The notes below the pieces were generated by a model. The model did no database searches. It was not told the DNA's origin and saw nothing but the letters and a program-made list of their open reading frames with translations. A program made the translations under genes and the position numbers. Source: Eledone cirrhosa (taxonomy: Eukaryota). From it: a DNA stretch of 64,000 nucleotides. Shown here piece after piece: positions 31,020 to 44,973 of the stretch; positions within the stretch are counted from its first letter, which is position 1; every line of letters begins with the position of its first letter. The stretch covers positions 170,934,001 to 170,998,000 of the forward strand of contig OZ024740.1 in the NCBI GenBank assembly GCA_964016885.1, given 5' to 3'.

Positions 31020-31880
<861 letters not shown>

Positions 31881-31890
31881 CTTACGGCAA

Positions 31891-31992
31891 GAGCACCCTG
31901 ATGAGGTGTTGCTCCTAGGGCTGCTGATAGCCGTCGAAACGGCTTGAGCTCTGCCGTCGGGGTCAACCATTTTCCTATTACCCACTCTACTA
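31891..31992 (+). ncRNA. Family C copy retaining a complete hammerhead core
   Basis: gcacc-CUGAUGA-(31-nt stem II region)-GAAAC-GGC uugagcucu GCC-GUC-ggggu. Stem I is imperfect. Confidence 0.6.
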
Positions 31993-32008
31993 TATATATA
32001 TATATATA

Positions 32009-32191
32009 TAACGAAGGAAATGTGGTAAGGAACCAGGTGGACCATAACGCACCAAAGTACTCAATACTTAGGGTAGTAGAGTGGGTAATAGGAACAAGTA
32101 AGACCCCGATGGCTGAGCTCAAGCCGTTTCGACGGCTAATTCTGTACGCAGAAACGGTTTGAGCTCAGCCGTCGGGGTCTTACTTGTTCCT
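32009..32191. mobile_element. Mini-PLE family C, fold-back
   Basis: Long minus arm plus short inverted arm gaaacggtttgagctcagccgtcggggtcttacttgttcc(TA)n. Confidence 0.8.
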
Positions 32192-32246
32192 ATATATATA
32201 TATATATATATATAGATAGATAGATAGATATAGATATATAGATATA

Positions 32247-32530
32247 TGTATATTTTATTATACATATTTCAGAAGTACTGAGCTATCTTCAACAGTACGT
32301 CCTCATCAGATAAAATAAGATGATGCATGACATACCTTGACTAAGTCGATGGTTAAAATTCTTCCATGACTGAATTTTAACCATCTACTTAGTCAAGGTA
32401 TGTCATGCATCATCTTATATTATCTGATGAGGACGTACTGTTGAAGATAGCTCAGTACCTCTGAAATATGTATAATAAAATATACTTGATCACACGAATG
32501 TCTATATTTGTTAATATTTTGAATTGATAT
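32247..32530. mobile_element. Palindromic mini-PLE family E, both arms carrying hammerheads
   Basis: ~115-bp inverted arms around ttccatgact. Confidence 0.82.
32420..32478 (+). ncRNA. Type I hammerhead ribozyme (mirror copy at 32255-32313 minus)
   Basis: uuau-CUGAUGA-(stem II with guacug/caguac)-GAAAU-AUGU-AUA-auaa. Confidence 0.7.
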
Positions 32531-32569
32531 ATATATATATATATATACATGTGTGTGTGTGTGTGTGCG

Positions 32570-32792
<223 letters not shown>

Positions 32793-33299
32793 CTTCTACC
32801 TGGAGTTGCGACCGATAGACAGTACTAGCAACTGGAAAAACCGACGAAAATATTGTTTACTCGGTCCGATTTGACGAAAGTCGATCGATATCTATATATA
32901 CTTGTGTGTGATAGATAGAGAGAGAGTATGTGTGTGTGTGTGTATGTGTGTGTATGTGTGTGTATGTGTGTGTATGTGTGTGTATGCCATAGACATATAT
33001 CTCCTGATGAGGCCCTGTGGGCCCCGTCGTGATATTCAGCGCGTCTTGACATTTAAACCCGAGAGGGGTCATCCCACTTCATGTCTTCTAGATAGGGGAA
33101 GCTGGAAAGAAATATAGAAGAAGAATCTACTGAACTGGTACTCGAATCATCGACCTCGAAAAGGTAATAAGCAAAGTGGATTTCGGCGTAATTTGAACTC
33201 AAGCTCAGAGCACGGAGAGCAGAAATTAATAACGTGAAGCATTCCATCACACTTCCTAAAAACTCTCCCAATTCTCATTCACGATATCGATATAAACCC

Positions 33300-33350
<51 letters not shown>

Positions 33351-33351
<1 letters not shown>

Positions 33352-36290
33352 AGTTGCATTTATCTTGCTCTATGTTCATATGAGTTATCACCAAGTCACA
33401 ACCAGTGACCTCAACAGACAACAAGGTCCGCCATGTTCAAGAAAGAACATACATAATCACACATGCATCTTTAGTGTTTAGACTTGTGATGTACTTATAT
33501 TGACAGAATCTTCCTTAGTATATGGGCAGTTCCCATTAGTACTATCTTTTGTATTTCTCCTATACGCGTGTTTCCTGGGATTTGCGATAAGTAATCATTA
33601 GACCCCTTAGGTATCATTCCTAGAGCGCCTACAACCACTGGTATTGTTTTAGTTCTCAATTTCCACATTTTTCCAATTTCTATCTCCAGGTCCTTATACT
33701 TGCTCAATTTTTCAAATGTTTTTATAGATACATTCTTGTCTATTGGAACAGACATATCAATTAGCAGTCATACCCTCTTTTTAAAGTCCTTCAATATTAT
33801 ATCAGGTCTATTTGCATCTATTTTTCGGTCTGTTTGGATGCTAAAGTTCCACAAGATTGAGATGTGATCTTTTTCAAGTATGGGAGGTGGTTGATGCTCC
33901 CACCAATTCTTTTGATGGGGCAGGTCAAAATGCTTACACATTATCCAATGTATGTATTGTGCAGCTCTGTCATGCCTGTTTAGGTATTCGGTTGGAGCTA
34001 TAGGACTGCACATTGAAATTATATGGTCAATGGTCTCTGGTTGTTTTTTGCGTACACGGCATAATGGGCTGCATCCATTTTTTATTATGTTGGCTTGGTA
34101 ATTTTTTGTTGGCAGACACTGATCTTGTGCTGATATAATCAGTCCTTCAGTCTCCGATTTCAATCCAGAGGATGCCAACCACTGATGGGTTAAAGTTTTG
34201 TCAATATCAGGATTGTTAGCTCGCTCTGGGTATTTTCCATACAGAGGCTTTTCTTGCCATTTCTTAGCCAGTTTCTGTAGCAGTTCTTTCTTTGCAGTTA
34301 CTTTTACCTGATTTGCTTTTTCTGTGTTTTCCATTTCAGCAGTAAATGGGACTTCTGAAATTTGTAGTCCATTACTGTATCTTTGTGCATCTTTTGTAAT
34401 GGAATATGATCTTTTGATGCTTTCGTGTTTCAAAACGAGTTTGATCATCCAATCATGTGATTCCCTTAGATATGTAGATAATCCAATTGTTGCAGTTTTC
34501 AACGCAATGTCTAACTGGATTAACCCACGTCCTCCTTCTTTCCTAGGGAGATATATTCTATCTATATCTGCCTTAGGGTGATGCATTCTGTGCATGGTTA
34601 AGAATTTTCGAATTTTTGTATCGAGCCTACAGATCTCTGTGCTTGACCAGTTGATGACATTGTAACTGTAGGTTACTACTGGTATGGCAAGCGTGTTTAT
34701 GGCATCGATCCTATTCCTTGCATTCAATTCCGTTCTTAAGATTGCTCTTACTCTGCGGTAACATTCCTTCCTTATCCTTTCCTTCATTGTCGAGTGCTTG
34801 ATTCCGTCTCCTTCACAAACACCTAGATATTTGTAAGTTTTTCCTTGATCAAGTTCTCTTATCACGTTCCCCCGATCAAGATTAATGTCTGAACTCTTCA
34901 GCAGCTTTCCCCTGGTGAACGTTGCTTTGGCGCATTTATCTAGTCCAAACTCCATTTTAATGTCATCACTGAACTGCTCCACAGTGGATAATAGCCCTTG
35001 CAATTGTTCATCATTTTTTGCAAATAGTTTCAGGTCATCCATGTAGAACAAGTGATTAATGGTTTTGTCATAGACTCTATATCCATGTTTTGTTTCATTG
35101 AGCATTTTACTTAATGGTATAAGTGCGATGCAGAATAAAAGCGGTGATAAAGAGTCACCCTGAAAAATTCCACAATTAATATTAACTTCTCCAGCTTCCA
35201 GTGATTTTGTTTCACTATTCAAAAGGAGTGTCGTTTTCCATGTCTTCATACTGAATGACAAAAACCTCCTGACAACGGAGGATATTTTGAAAATCTCTCA
35301 ACATTTTTCAATCCAACTGTGTGGCAAACTATCAAATGCTTTTTTATAATCTATCCAAGCAATCGATAGATTTTTGTGTCTATTATGACAATCTTCCAGT
35401 ATCATTTTGTTAACCAAAAGCTGATCCTTACAGCCATATGAGCCTCGTTTACACCCTTTCTGCTCAATGGGAAATAGGTCATTTGTTATCAGGTGGTCAT
35501 ATGTGTATTCAGTTAGGACTGATGTTAAAATTTTATACATTGTGGTCAAACAAGTTATCGGTCTGTAATTTTTGGGATTGTTTGTCTCATCATTCTTCGG
35601 AAGCAGGAATGTAATGCCGTTAACTAGCCATGATGGTATCTTTTTTGGCTCCTTAACTATTTCATTGTAAAGTTAGGCTAACAGCTCATGAGACTCTGTG
35701 AAGGCATTTATCCAAAAATTTTGTATTTTGTCTTTTCCTGGGGATTTCCATTTGTTGGTTTTTCTTAGAGCCAAGCGCAACTGTTCAACTGTTATATTTT
35801 CCCATATTTGTTCCTCAAGGTGAGCTGTATCTTTCATTTGTCTGTCTATCCATGGGGCATGTATGTTATGAACTTTTTCTTCGGCCCAGATCTTTTCCCA
35901 GAATTCTTGCACTTCCTCCTTGGGTGGTATTGATTTAGCAGTTATTGTTGACTTACCAATTTTTCTGTAGAAGTTTCTTTGGTTGTTTTTGAACATATTA
36001 TTGTCCTTATAGAATCTAGATCGTTTTTCAAAGCGCCTTATACGCGCAGCTTTGGCCGACACTTTTTGCTTGATTATTTCTATCAGCATGTCTATGTCAC
36101 TTGTTGATTTTATACTGTACTTTCTTTTCAATTTTCTAAGTTTAGTTTGTTTAACATGTTCACCTACTTTATAGTTTGTTAAAATTTCTATGTCAGATCG
36201 GAGAAGGTTTATTTGGCCAAGTAGATTTCTTGTGGGAATTCCTTTGTTTTTTCATCTTCACTCCTTCACTCCACATAAGTGAGTGGTGAC
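33351..36290 (-). mobile_element. R4/Dong-clade RLE non-LTR retrotransposon, 5'-truncated, tandem unit 1
   Basis: RT motifs (NYRPITCL, WIDYKKAFDS, GIFQGDSLSPLLF, HLFYMDDLKL), CCHC-like CRVRKKQPETIDHIISMC, RHD, RPDII and KLSKYKDL restriction-like endonuclease. Flanked by (TAA)n. Confidence 0.95.
33495..36131 (-). pseudogene. RT-CCHC-RLE ORF of unit 1, single frame interrupted by three nonsense codons
   Basis: ORFs 35673-36131, 35298-35549, 33768-35261 and 33495-33755 share one frame. The stops read ELLA*LYN, EKC*EIF and KRV*LLID. Confidence 0.9.
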
Positions 36291-36312
36291 TTTATTATTA
36301 TTATTATTATTA

Positions 36313-39252
36313 CAGTTGCATTTATCTTGCTTTATGTTCATACGAGTTATCACCAAGTCACAACCAGTGACCTCAACAGACAACAAGGTCCGCCATGTTC
36401 AAGAAAGAACATACATATTCACACATGCATCTTTAGTGTTTAGACTTGTGATGTACTTATATTGACAGAATCTTCCTTAGTATATGGGCAGTTCCCATTA
36501 GTACTATCTTTTGTATTTCTCCTATACGCGTGTTTCCTGGGATTTGCGATAAGTAATCATTAGACCCCTTAGGTATCATTCCTAGAGCGCCTACAACCAC
36601 TGGTATTGTTTTAGTTCTCAATTTCCACATTTTTCCAATTTCTATCTCCAGGTCCTTATACTTGCTCAATTTTTCAAATGTTTTTATAGATACATTCTTG
36701 TCTATTGGAACAGACATATCAATTAGCAGTCATACCCTCTTTTTAAAGTCCTTCAATATTATATCAGGTCTATTTGCATCTATTTTTCGGTCTGTTTGGA
36801 TGCTAAAGTTCCACAAGATTGAGATGTCATCTTTTTCAAGTATGGGAGGTGGTTGATGCTCCCACCAATTCTTTTGATGGGGCAGGTCAAAATGCTTACA
36901 CATTATCCAATGTATGTATTGTGCAGCTCTGTCATGCCTGTTTAGGTATTCGGTTGGAGCTATAGGACTGCACATTGAAATTATATGGTCAATGGTCTCT
37001 GGTTGTTTTTTGCGTACACGGCATAATGGGCTGCATCCATTTTTTATTATGTTGGCTTGGTAATTTTTTGTTGGCAGACACTGATCTTGTGCTGATATAA
37101 TCAGTCCTTCAGTCTCCGATTTCAATCCAGAGGATGCCAACCACTGATGGGTTAAAGTTTTGTCAATATCAGGATTGTTAGCTCGCTCTGGGTATTTTCC
37201 ATACAGAGGCTTTTCTTGCCATTTCTTAGCCAGTTTCTGTAGCAGTTCTTTCTTTGCAGTTACTTTTACCTGATTTGCTTTTTCTGTGTTTTCCATTTCA
37301 GCAGTAAATGGGACTTCTGAAATTTGTAGTCCATTACTGTATCTTTGTGCATCTTTTGTAATGGAATATGATCTTTTGATGCTTTCGTGTTTCAAAACGA
37401 GTTTGATCATCCAATCATGTGATTCCCTTAGATATGTAGATAATCCAATTGTTGCAGTTTTCAACGCAATGTCTAACTGGATTAACCCACGTCCTCCTTC
37501 TTTCCTAGGGAGATATATTCTATCTATATCTGCCTTAGGGTGATGCATTCTGTGCATGGTTAAGAATTTTCGAATTTTTGTATCGAGCCTACAGATCTCT
37601 GTGCTTGACCAGTTGATGACATTGTAACTGTAGGTTACTACTGGTATGGCAAGCGTGTTTATGGCATCGATCCTATTCCTTGCATTCAATTCCGTTCTTA
37701 AGATTGCTCTTACTCTGCGGTAACATTCCTTCCTTATCCTTTCCTTCATTGTCGAGTGCTTGATTCCGTCTCCTTCACAAACACCTAGATATTTGTAAGT
37801 TTTTCCTTGATCAAGTTCTCTTATCACGTTCCCCCGATCAAGATTAATGTCTGAACTCTTCAGCAGCTTTCCCCTGGTGAACGTTGCTTTGGCGCATTTA
37901 TCTAGTCCAAACTCCATTTTAATGTCATCACTGAACTGCTCCACAGTGGATAATAGCCCTTGCAATTGTTCATCATTTTTTGCAAATAGTTTCAGGTCAT
38001 CCATGTAGAACAAGTGATTAATGGTTTTGTCATAGACTCTATATCCATGTTTTGTTTCATTGAGCATTTTACTTAATGGTATAAGTGCGATGCAGAATAA
38101 AAGCGGTGATAAAGAGTCACCCTGAAAAATTCCACAATTAATATTAACTTCTCCAGCTTCCAGTGATTTTGTTTCACTATTCAAAAGGAGTGTCGTTTTC
38201 CATGTCTTCATACTGAATGACAAAAACCTCCTGACAACGGAGGATATTTTGAAAATCTCTCAACATTTTTCAATCCAACTGTGTGGCAAACTATCAAATG
38301 CTTTTTTATAATCTATCCAAGCAATCGATAGATTTTTGTGTCTATTATGACAATCTTCCAGTATCATTTTGTTAACCAAAAGCTGATCCTTACAGCCATA
38401 TGAGCCTCGTTTACACCCTTTCTGCTCAATGGGAAATAGGTCATTTGTTATCAGGTGGTCATATGTGTATTCAGTTAGGACTGATGTTAAAATTTTATAC
38501 ATTGTGGTCAAACAAGTTATCGGTCTGTAATTTTTGGGATTGTTTGTCTCATCATTCTTCGGAAGCAGGAATGTAATGCCGTTAACTAGCCATGATGGTA
38601 TCTTTTTTGGCTCCTTAACTATTTCATTGTAAAGTTAGGCTAACAGCTCATGAGACTCTGTGAAGGCATTTATCCAAAAATTTTGTATTTTGTCTTTTCC
38701 TGGGGATTTCCATTTGTTGGTTTTTCTTAGAGCCAAGCGCAACTGTTCAACTGTTATATTTTCCCATATTTGTTCCTCAAGGTGAGCTGTATCTTTCATT
38801 TGTCTGTCTATCCATGGGGCATGTATGTTATGAACTTTTTCTTCGGCCCAGATCTTTTCCCAGAATTCTTGCACTTCCTCCTTGGGTGGTATTGATTTAG
38901 CAGTTATTGTTGACTTACCAATTTTTCTGTAGAAGTTTCTTTGGTTGTTTTTGAACATATTATTGTCCTTATAGAATCTAGATCGTTTTTCAAAGCGCCT
39001 TATACGAGCAGCTTTGGCCGACACTTTTTGCTTGATTATTTCTATCAGCATGTCTATGTCACTTGTTGATTTTATACTGTACTTTCTTTTCAATTTTCTA
39101 AGTTTAGTTTGTTTAACATGTTCACCTACTTTATAGTTTGTTAAAATTTCTATGTCAGATCGGAGAAGGTTTATTTGGCCAAGTAGATTTCTTGTGGGAA
39201 TTCCTTTGTTTTTTCATCTTCACTCCTTCACTCCACATAAGTGAGTGGTGAC
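36313..39252 (-). mobile_element. R4/Dong-clade retrotransposon, tandem unit 2
   Basis: Near-identical to unit 1 at offset 2962 bp, separated by ~(TTA)7. Confidence 0.95.
36457..39093 (-). pseudogene. RT-CCHC-RLE ORF of unit 2 (same three stops)
   Basis: ORF pattern identical to unit 1, shifted by 2962. Confidence 0.9.
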
Positions 39253-39274
39253 TTTATTATTATTATTATTATTA

Positions 39275-42214
39275 CAGTTGCATTTATCTTGCTTTATGTT
39301 CATACGAGTTATCACCAAGTCACAACCAGTGACCTCAACAGACAACAAGGTCCGCCATGTTCAAGAAAGAACATACATATTCACACATGCATCTTTAGTG
39401 TTTAGACTTGTGATGTACTTATATTGACAGAATCTTCCTTAGTATATGGGCAGTTCCCATTAGTACTATCTTTTGTATTTCTCCTATACGCGTGTTTCCT
39501 GGGATTTGCGATAAGTAATCATTAGACCCCTTAGGTATCATTCCTAGAGCTCCTACAACCACTGGTATTGTTTTAGTTCTCAATTTCCACATTTTTCCAA
39601 TTTCTATCTCCAGGTCCTTATACTTGCTCAATTTTTCAAATGTTTTTATAGATACATTCTTGTCTATTGGAACGGACATATCAATTAGCAGTCATACCCT
39701 CTTTTTAAAGTCCTTCAATATTATATCAGGTCTATTTGCATCTATTTTTCGGTCTGTTTGGATGCTAAAGTTCCACAAGATTGAGATGTCATCTTTTTCA
39801 AGTATGGGAGGTGGTTGATGCTCCCACCAATTCTTTTGATGGGGCAGGTCAAAATGCTTACACATTATCCAATGTATGTATTGTGCAGCTCTGTCATGCC
39901 TGTTTAGGTATTCGGTTGGAGCTATAGGACTGCACATTGAAATTATATGGTCAATGGTCTCTGGTTGTTTTTTGCATACACGGCATAATGGGCTGCATCC
40001 ATTTTTTATTATGTTGGCTTGGTAATTTTTTGTTGGCAGACACTGATCTTGTGCTGATATAATCAGTCCTTCAGTCTCCGATTTCAATCCAGAGGATGCC
40101 AACCACTGAAGGGTTAAAGTTTTGTCAACATCAGGATTGTTAGCTCGCTCTGGGTATTTTCCATACAGAGGCTTTTCTTGCCATTTCTTAGCCAGTTTCT
40201 GTAGCAGTTCTTTCTTTGCAGTTACTTTTACCTGCTTTGCTTTTTCTGTGTTTTCCATTTCAGCAGTAAATGGGACTTCTGAAATTTGTAGTCCATTACT
40301 GTATCTTTGTGCATCTTTTGTAATGGAATATGATCTTTTGATGCTTTCGTGTTTCAAAACGAGTTTGATCATCCAATCATGTGATTCCCTTAGATATGTA
40401 GATAATCCAATTGTTGCAGTTTTCAACGCAATGTCTAACTGGATTAACCCACGTCCTCCTTCTTTCCTAGGGAGATATATTCTATCTATATCTGCCTTAG
40501 GGTGATGCATTCTGTGCATGGTTAAGAATTTTCGAATTTTTGTATCGAGCCTACAGATCTCTGTGCTTGACCAGTTGATGACATTGTAACTGTAGGTTAC
40601 TACTGGTATGGCAAGCGTGTTTATGGCATCGATCCTATTCCTTGCATTCAATTCCGTTCTTAAGATTGCTCTTACTCTGCGGTAACATTCCTTCCTTATC
40701 CTTTCCTTCATTGTCGAGTGCTTGATTCCGTCTCCTTCACAAACACCTAGATATTTGTAAGTTTTTCCTTGATCAAGTTCTCTTATCACGTTCCCCCGAT
40801 CAAGATTAATGTCTGAACTCTTCAGCAGCTTTCCCCTGGTGAACGTTGCTTTGGCGCATTTATCTAGTCCAAACTCCATTTTAATGTCATCACTGAACTG
40901 CTCCACAGTGGATAATAGCCCTTGCAATTGTTCATCATTTTTTGCAAATAGTTTCAGGTCATCCATGTAGAACAAGTGATTAATGGTTTTGTCATAGACT
41001 CTATATCCATGTTTTGTTTCATTGAGCATTTTACTTAATGGTATAAGTGCGATGCAGAATAAAAGCGGTGATAAAGAGTCACCCTGAAAAATTCCACAAT
41101 TAATATTAACTTCTCCAGCTTCCAGTGATTTTGTTTCACTATTCAAAAGGAGTGTCGTTTTCCATGTCTTCATACTGAATGACAAAAACCTCCTGACAAC
41201 GGGGGATATTTTGAAAATCTCTCAACATTTTTCAATCCAACTGTGTGGCAAACTATCAAATGCTTTTTTATAATCTATCCAAGCAATCGATAGATTTTTG
41301 TGTCTATTATGACAATCTTCCAGTATCATTTTGTTAACCAAAAGCTGATCCTTACAGCCATATGAGCCTCGTTTACACCCTTTCTGCTCAATGGGAAATA
41401 GGTCATTTGTTATCAGGTGGTCATATGTGTATTCAGTTAGGACTGATGTTAAAATTTTATACATTGTGGTCAAACAAGTTATCGGTCTGTAATTTTTGGG
41501 ATTGTTTGTCTCATCATTCTTCGGAAGCAGGAATGTAATGCCGTTAACTAGCCATGATGGTATCTTTTTTGGCTCCTTAACTATTTCATTGTAAAGTTAG
41601 GCTAACAGCTCATGAGACTCTGTGAAGGCATTTATCCAAAAATTTTGTATTTTGTCTTTTCCTGGGGATTTCCATTTGTTGGTTTTTCTTAGAGCCAAGC
41701 GCAACTGTTCAACTGTTATATTTTCCCATATTTGTTCCTCAAGGTGAGCTGTATCTTTCATTTGTCTGTCTATCCATGGGGCATGTATGTTATGAACTTT
41801 TTCTTCGGCCCAGATCTTTTCCCAGAATTCTTGCACTTCCTCCTTGGGTGGTATTGATTTAGCAGTTATTGTTGACTTACCAATTTTTCTGTAGAAGTTT
41901 CTTTGGTTGTTTTTGAACATATTATTGTCCTTATAGAATCTAGATCGTTTTTCAAAGCGCCTTATACGAGCAGCTTTGGCCGACACTTTTTGCTTGATTA
42001 TTTCTATCAGCATGTCTATGTCACTTGTTGATTTTATACTGTACTTTCTTTTCAATTTTCTAAGTTTAGTTTGTTTAACATGTTCACCTACTTTATAGTT
42101 TGTTAAAATTTCTATGTCAGATCGGAGAAGGTTTATTTGGCCAAGTAGATTTCTTGTGGGAATTCCTTTGTTTTTTCATCTTCACTCCTTCACTCCACAT
42201 AAGTGAGTGGTGAC
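39275..42214 (-). mobile_element. R4/Dong-clade retrotransposon, tandem unit 3
   Basis: Near-identical at a further offset of 2962 bp; retains the intact CRVC knuckle. Confidence 0.95.
39419..42055 (-). pseudogene. RT-CCHC-RLE ORF of unit 3 (same three stops)
   Basis: ORF pattern identical to unit 1, shifted by 5924. Confidence 0.9.
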
Positions 42215-42236
42215 TTTATTATTATTATTATTATTA

Positions 42237-43417
42237 CAGTTGCATTTATCTTGCTTTATGTTCATACGAGTTATCACCAAGTCACAACCAGTGACCTCAA
42301 CAGACAACAAGGTCCGCCATGTTCAAGAAAGAACATACATATTCACACATGCATCTTTAGTGTTTAGACTTGTGATGTACTTATATTGACAGAATCTTCC
42401 TTAGTATATGGGCAGTTCCCATTAGTACTATCTTTTGTATTTCTCCTATACGCGGGTTTCCTGGGATTTGCGATAAGTAATCATTAGACCCCTTAGGTAT
42501 CATTCCCAGAGCGCCTACAACCACTGGTATTGTTTTAGTTCTCAATTTCCATATTTTTCCAATTTCTATCTCCAGGTCCTTATACTTGCTCAATTTTTCA
42601 AATGTTTTTATAGATACATTCTTGTCTATTGGAACAGACATATCAATTAGCAGGCATACCCTCTTTTGAAAGTCCTTCAATATTATATCAGGTCTATTTG
42701 CATCTATTTTTCGGTCTGTTTAGATGCTAAAGTTCCACAAGATTGAGATGTGATCTTTTTCAAGTATGGGAGGTGGTTGATGCTCCCACCAATTCTTTTG
42801 ATGGGGCAGGTCAAAATGCTTACACATTATCCAATGTATGTATTGTGCAGCTCTGTCATGCCTGTTTAGGTATTCGGTTGGAGCTATAGGACTGCACATT
42901 GAAATTATATGGTCAATAGTCTCTGGTTGTTTTTTGCATACACGGCATAATGGGCTGCACCCATTTTTTATTATGTTGGCTTGGTAATTTTTTGTTGGCA
43001 GACACTGATCTTGTGCCGATATAATCAGTCCTTCAGTCTCCGATTTCAGTCCAGAGGATGCGAACCACTGATGGGTTAAAGTTTTGTCAACATCAGGATT
43101 GTTAGCTCGCTCTGGGTATTTTCCATACAGAGGCTTTTCTTGCCATTTCTTAGCCAGTTTCTGTAGCAGTTCTTTCTTTGCAGTTACTTTTACCTGCTTT
43201 GCTTTTTCTGTGTTTTCCATTTCAGCAGTAAATGGGACTTCTGAAATTTGTAGTCCATTACTGTATCTTTGTGCATCTTTTGTAATGGAATATGATCTTT
43301 TGATGCTTTCGTGTTTCAAAACGAGTTTGATCATCCAATCATGTGATTCCCTTAGATATGTAGATAATCCAATTGTTGCAGTTTTCAACGCAATGTCTAA
43401 CTGGATTAACCCACGTC

Positions 43418-43420
<3 letters not shown>
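42237..43420 (-). mobile_element. R4/Dong-clade retrotransposon, same family, independently 5'-truncated copy (unit 4)
   Basis: Same 3' end as units 1-3 but a different truncation point and private SNPs (KRVCLLID intact; own CAA>TAA stop at 42720). Followed by a long (TTA)n. Confidence 0.93.
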
Positions 43421-43489
<69 letters not shown>

Positions 43490-43498
43490 GTTATTATT

Positions 43499-44206
43499 GT
43501 TCTTTGAGTCTCAGTCATTGATGTTAGTTAACTGGAAAGTTTGTTGAAATGAATATCAAGCCACTACCTGCAGCCTCAGATATTCAGGATTTATCGGAGG
43601 GTGCTTGCTGTTCCCAGCAAGCATGCTTTTTGAAGTGTTCCAAAAAGCGGGGCGAAGCCAATTTTCTTTAACCATCCCTTGAAACTCTTTGAGATAGTAC
43701 CTAGTGCGCCTATGACAATCGGGACCACTTTGACCTCATGGCAGTTCCAAATCCTTTTTACCTCCCACTTTAAGTCCTGGTATCGGTTAATTTTCTCCCT
43801 CTCCTTCTCTTGCACTCTCGTGTCGAATGGGCAGGCCACATCCACAATCAGGCACGATCTTTTTTCCTTGTCCAAAACCACCAGGTCAGGTCTATTGTGT
43901 TCCAGTTTCTTGTCCGTCTGTATCCTAAAATCCCACACACCTTCACCTCATCGTTTTCTATCACCGTCTCTGGCTTATGCTCATACCACTTCTCAGAATG
44001 TGGTAAATTGTTTACTTTGCATAGGTGCCAGTGGATCACCCTGCCCATCACATCATGTCTCCAGCCTTTATAGTGAGTCTGGGCTAGGTGTTTACACTCG
44101 GATACAATGTGAGCCACAGTCTCCTCTCTCTCTCCACAGATCCTGGACAGTGGGCTAGCCTCCTCCTTGTAAATATGGTGTTTCAACCACTTAGTTTTGA
44201 GGGCCT

Positions 44207-44208
<2 letters not shown>
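43499..44208 (-). mobile_element. Second R4/Dong family, 3' fragment (CCHC + RLE, frameshifted)
   Basis: Motifs RICGEREETVAHIVSEC, WRHD, WDFRIQTD, HNRPDL, DVACPFD, KINRYQDL and VPIVIGALG. (TTA)n on both sides. Confidence 0.92.
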
Positions 44209-44265
<57 letters not shown>

Positions 44266-44266
44266 T

Positions 44267-44394
<128 letters not shown>

Positions 44395-44589
44395 GTTATA
44401 TTTGGGGATTGTCATTTTGCCAATTGTACCAATAAAACACACGCACTATTTGACTTTCGTTTCAGCTTTATTATTATTAGTTATTGGTTATTGGTTATTT
44501 TGTCAAAGCTCTTTCGTCACACATTCTGTGACCTCCTAAATGACTATTTGTTTTTCTTAGATGTAATTTTGGGGGTTTACTACTCTTTA

Positions 44590-44755
44590 AAAAGGTACTC
44601 AATAGAGTGTAGGCATCATTATTTAATACAGACAAGACTTCTACGTGATCAGAACCTTTTCATTTGTATGAAATCATCAGGACATATTTGATGATTTCAA
44701 ACGAATGAAACAGTCATAGTACTGTAGAAGTCATTTCTATTTTAAATAATGATGT
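44590..44755. mobile_element. Older degenerate palindromic mini-PLE of the same group, with two decayed hammerheads back to back
   Basis: Plus strand reads TTGATGAtttcaaacgaatGAAACAGtcatagtaCTGTAgaagtc, mirrored on the minus strand; carries the aggtactcaata motif. Confidence 0.7.
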
Positions 44756-44973
44756 ATATATATCAAAGTTAGAACTATATTAGCAATTCTCAAATGAGAG
44801 TAGAGAATTAAACTTATGAAACGTAATTGCCAGCCTATAAGAGAAAGGAATAGTTCAATGCGTTTATATAATATATAAAGGTTTGAAGGGGAAGAGATAT
44901 TAGTGTGAAAGAGAGGTTATACATATAAATGCAGAACAAATATAGACAAAAGTTTAAATGGTAAATTAATCTT

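Noticed and set aside
33000-33030. CTGATGA-ggcc...ggcc hammerhead 5' half
   Set aside because: No following GAAA or stem III; likewise the partial motifs at ~585, ~1519, ~30715 and ~51272.
33768-33770. In-frame TGA at a Cys position in Dong units 1-3 (selenocysteine or readthrough idea)
   Set aside because: Unit 4 has TGC here. The other stops are a TGA at a probable Leu and a TAA, no SECIS was seen, and the copies are 5'-truncated, so these are ordinary nonsense mutations.
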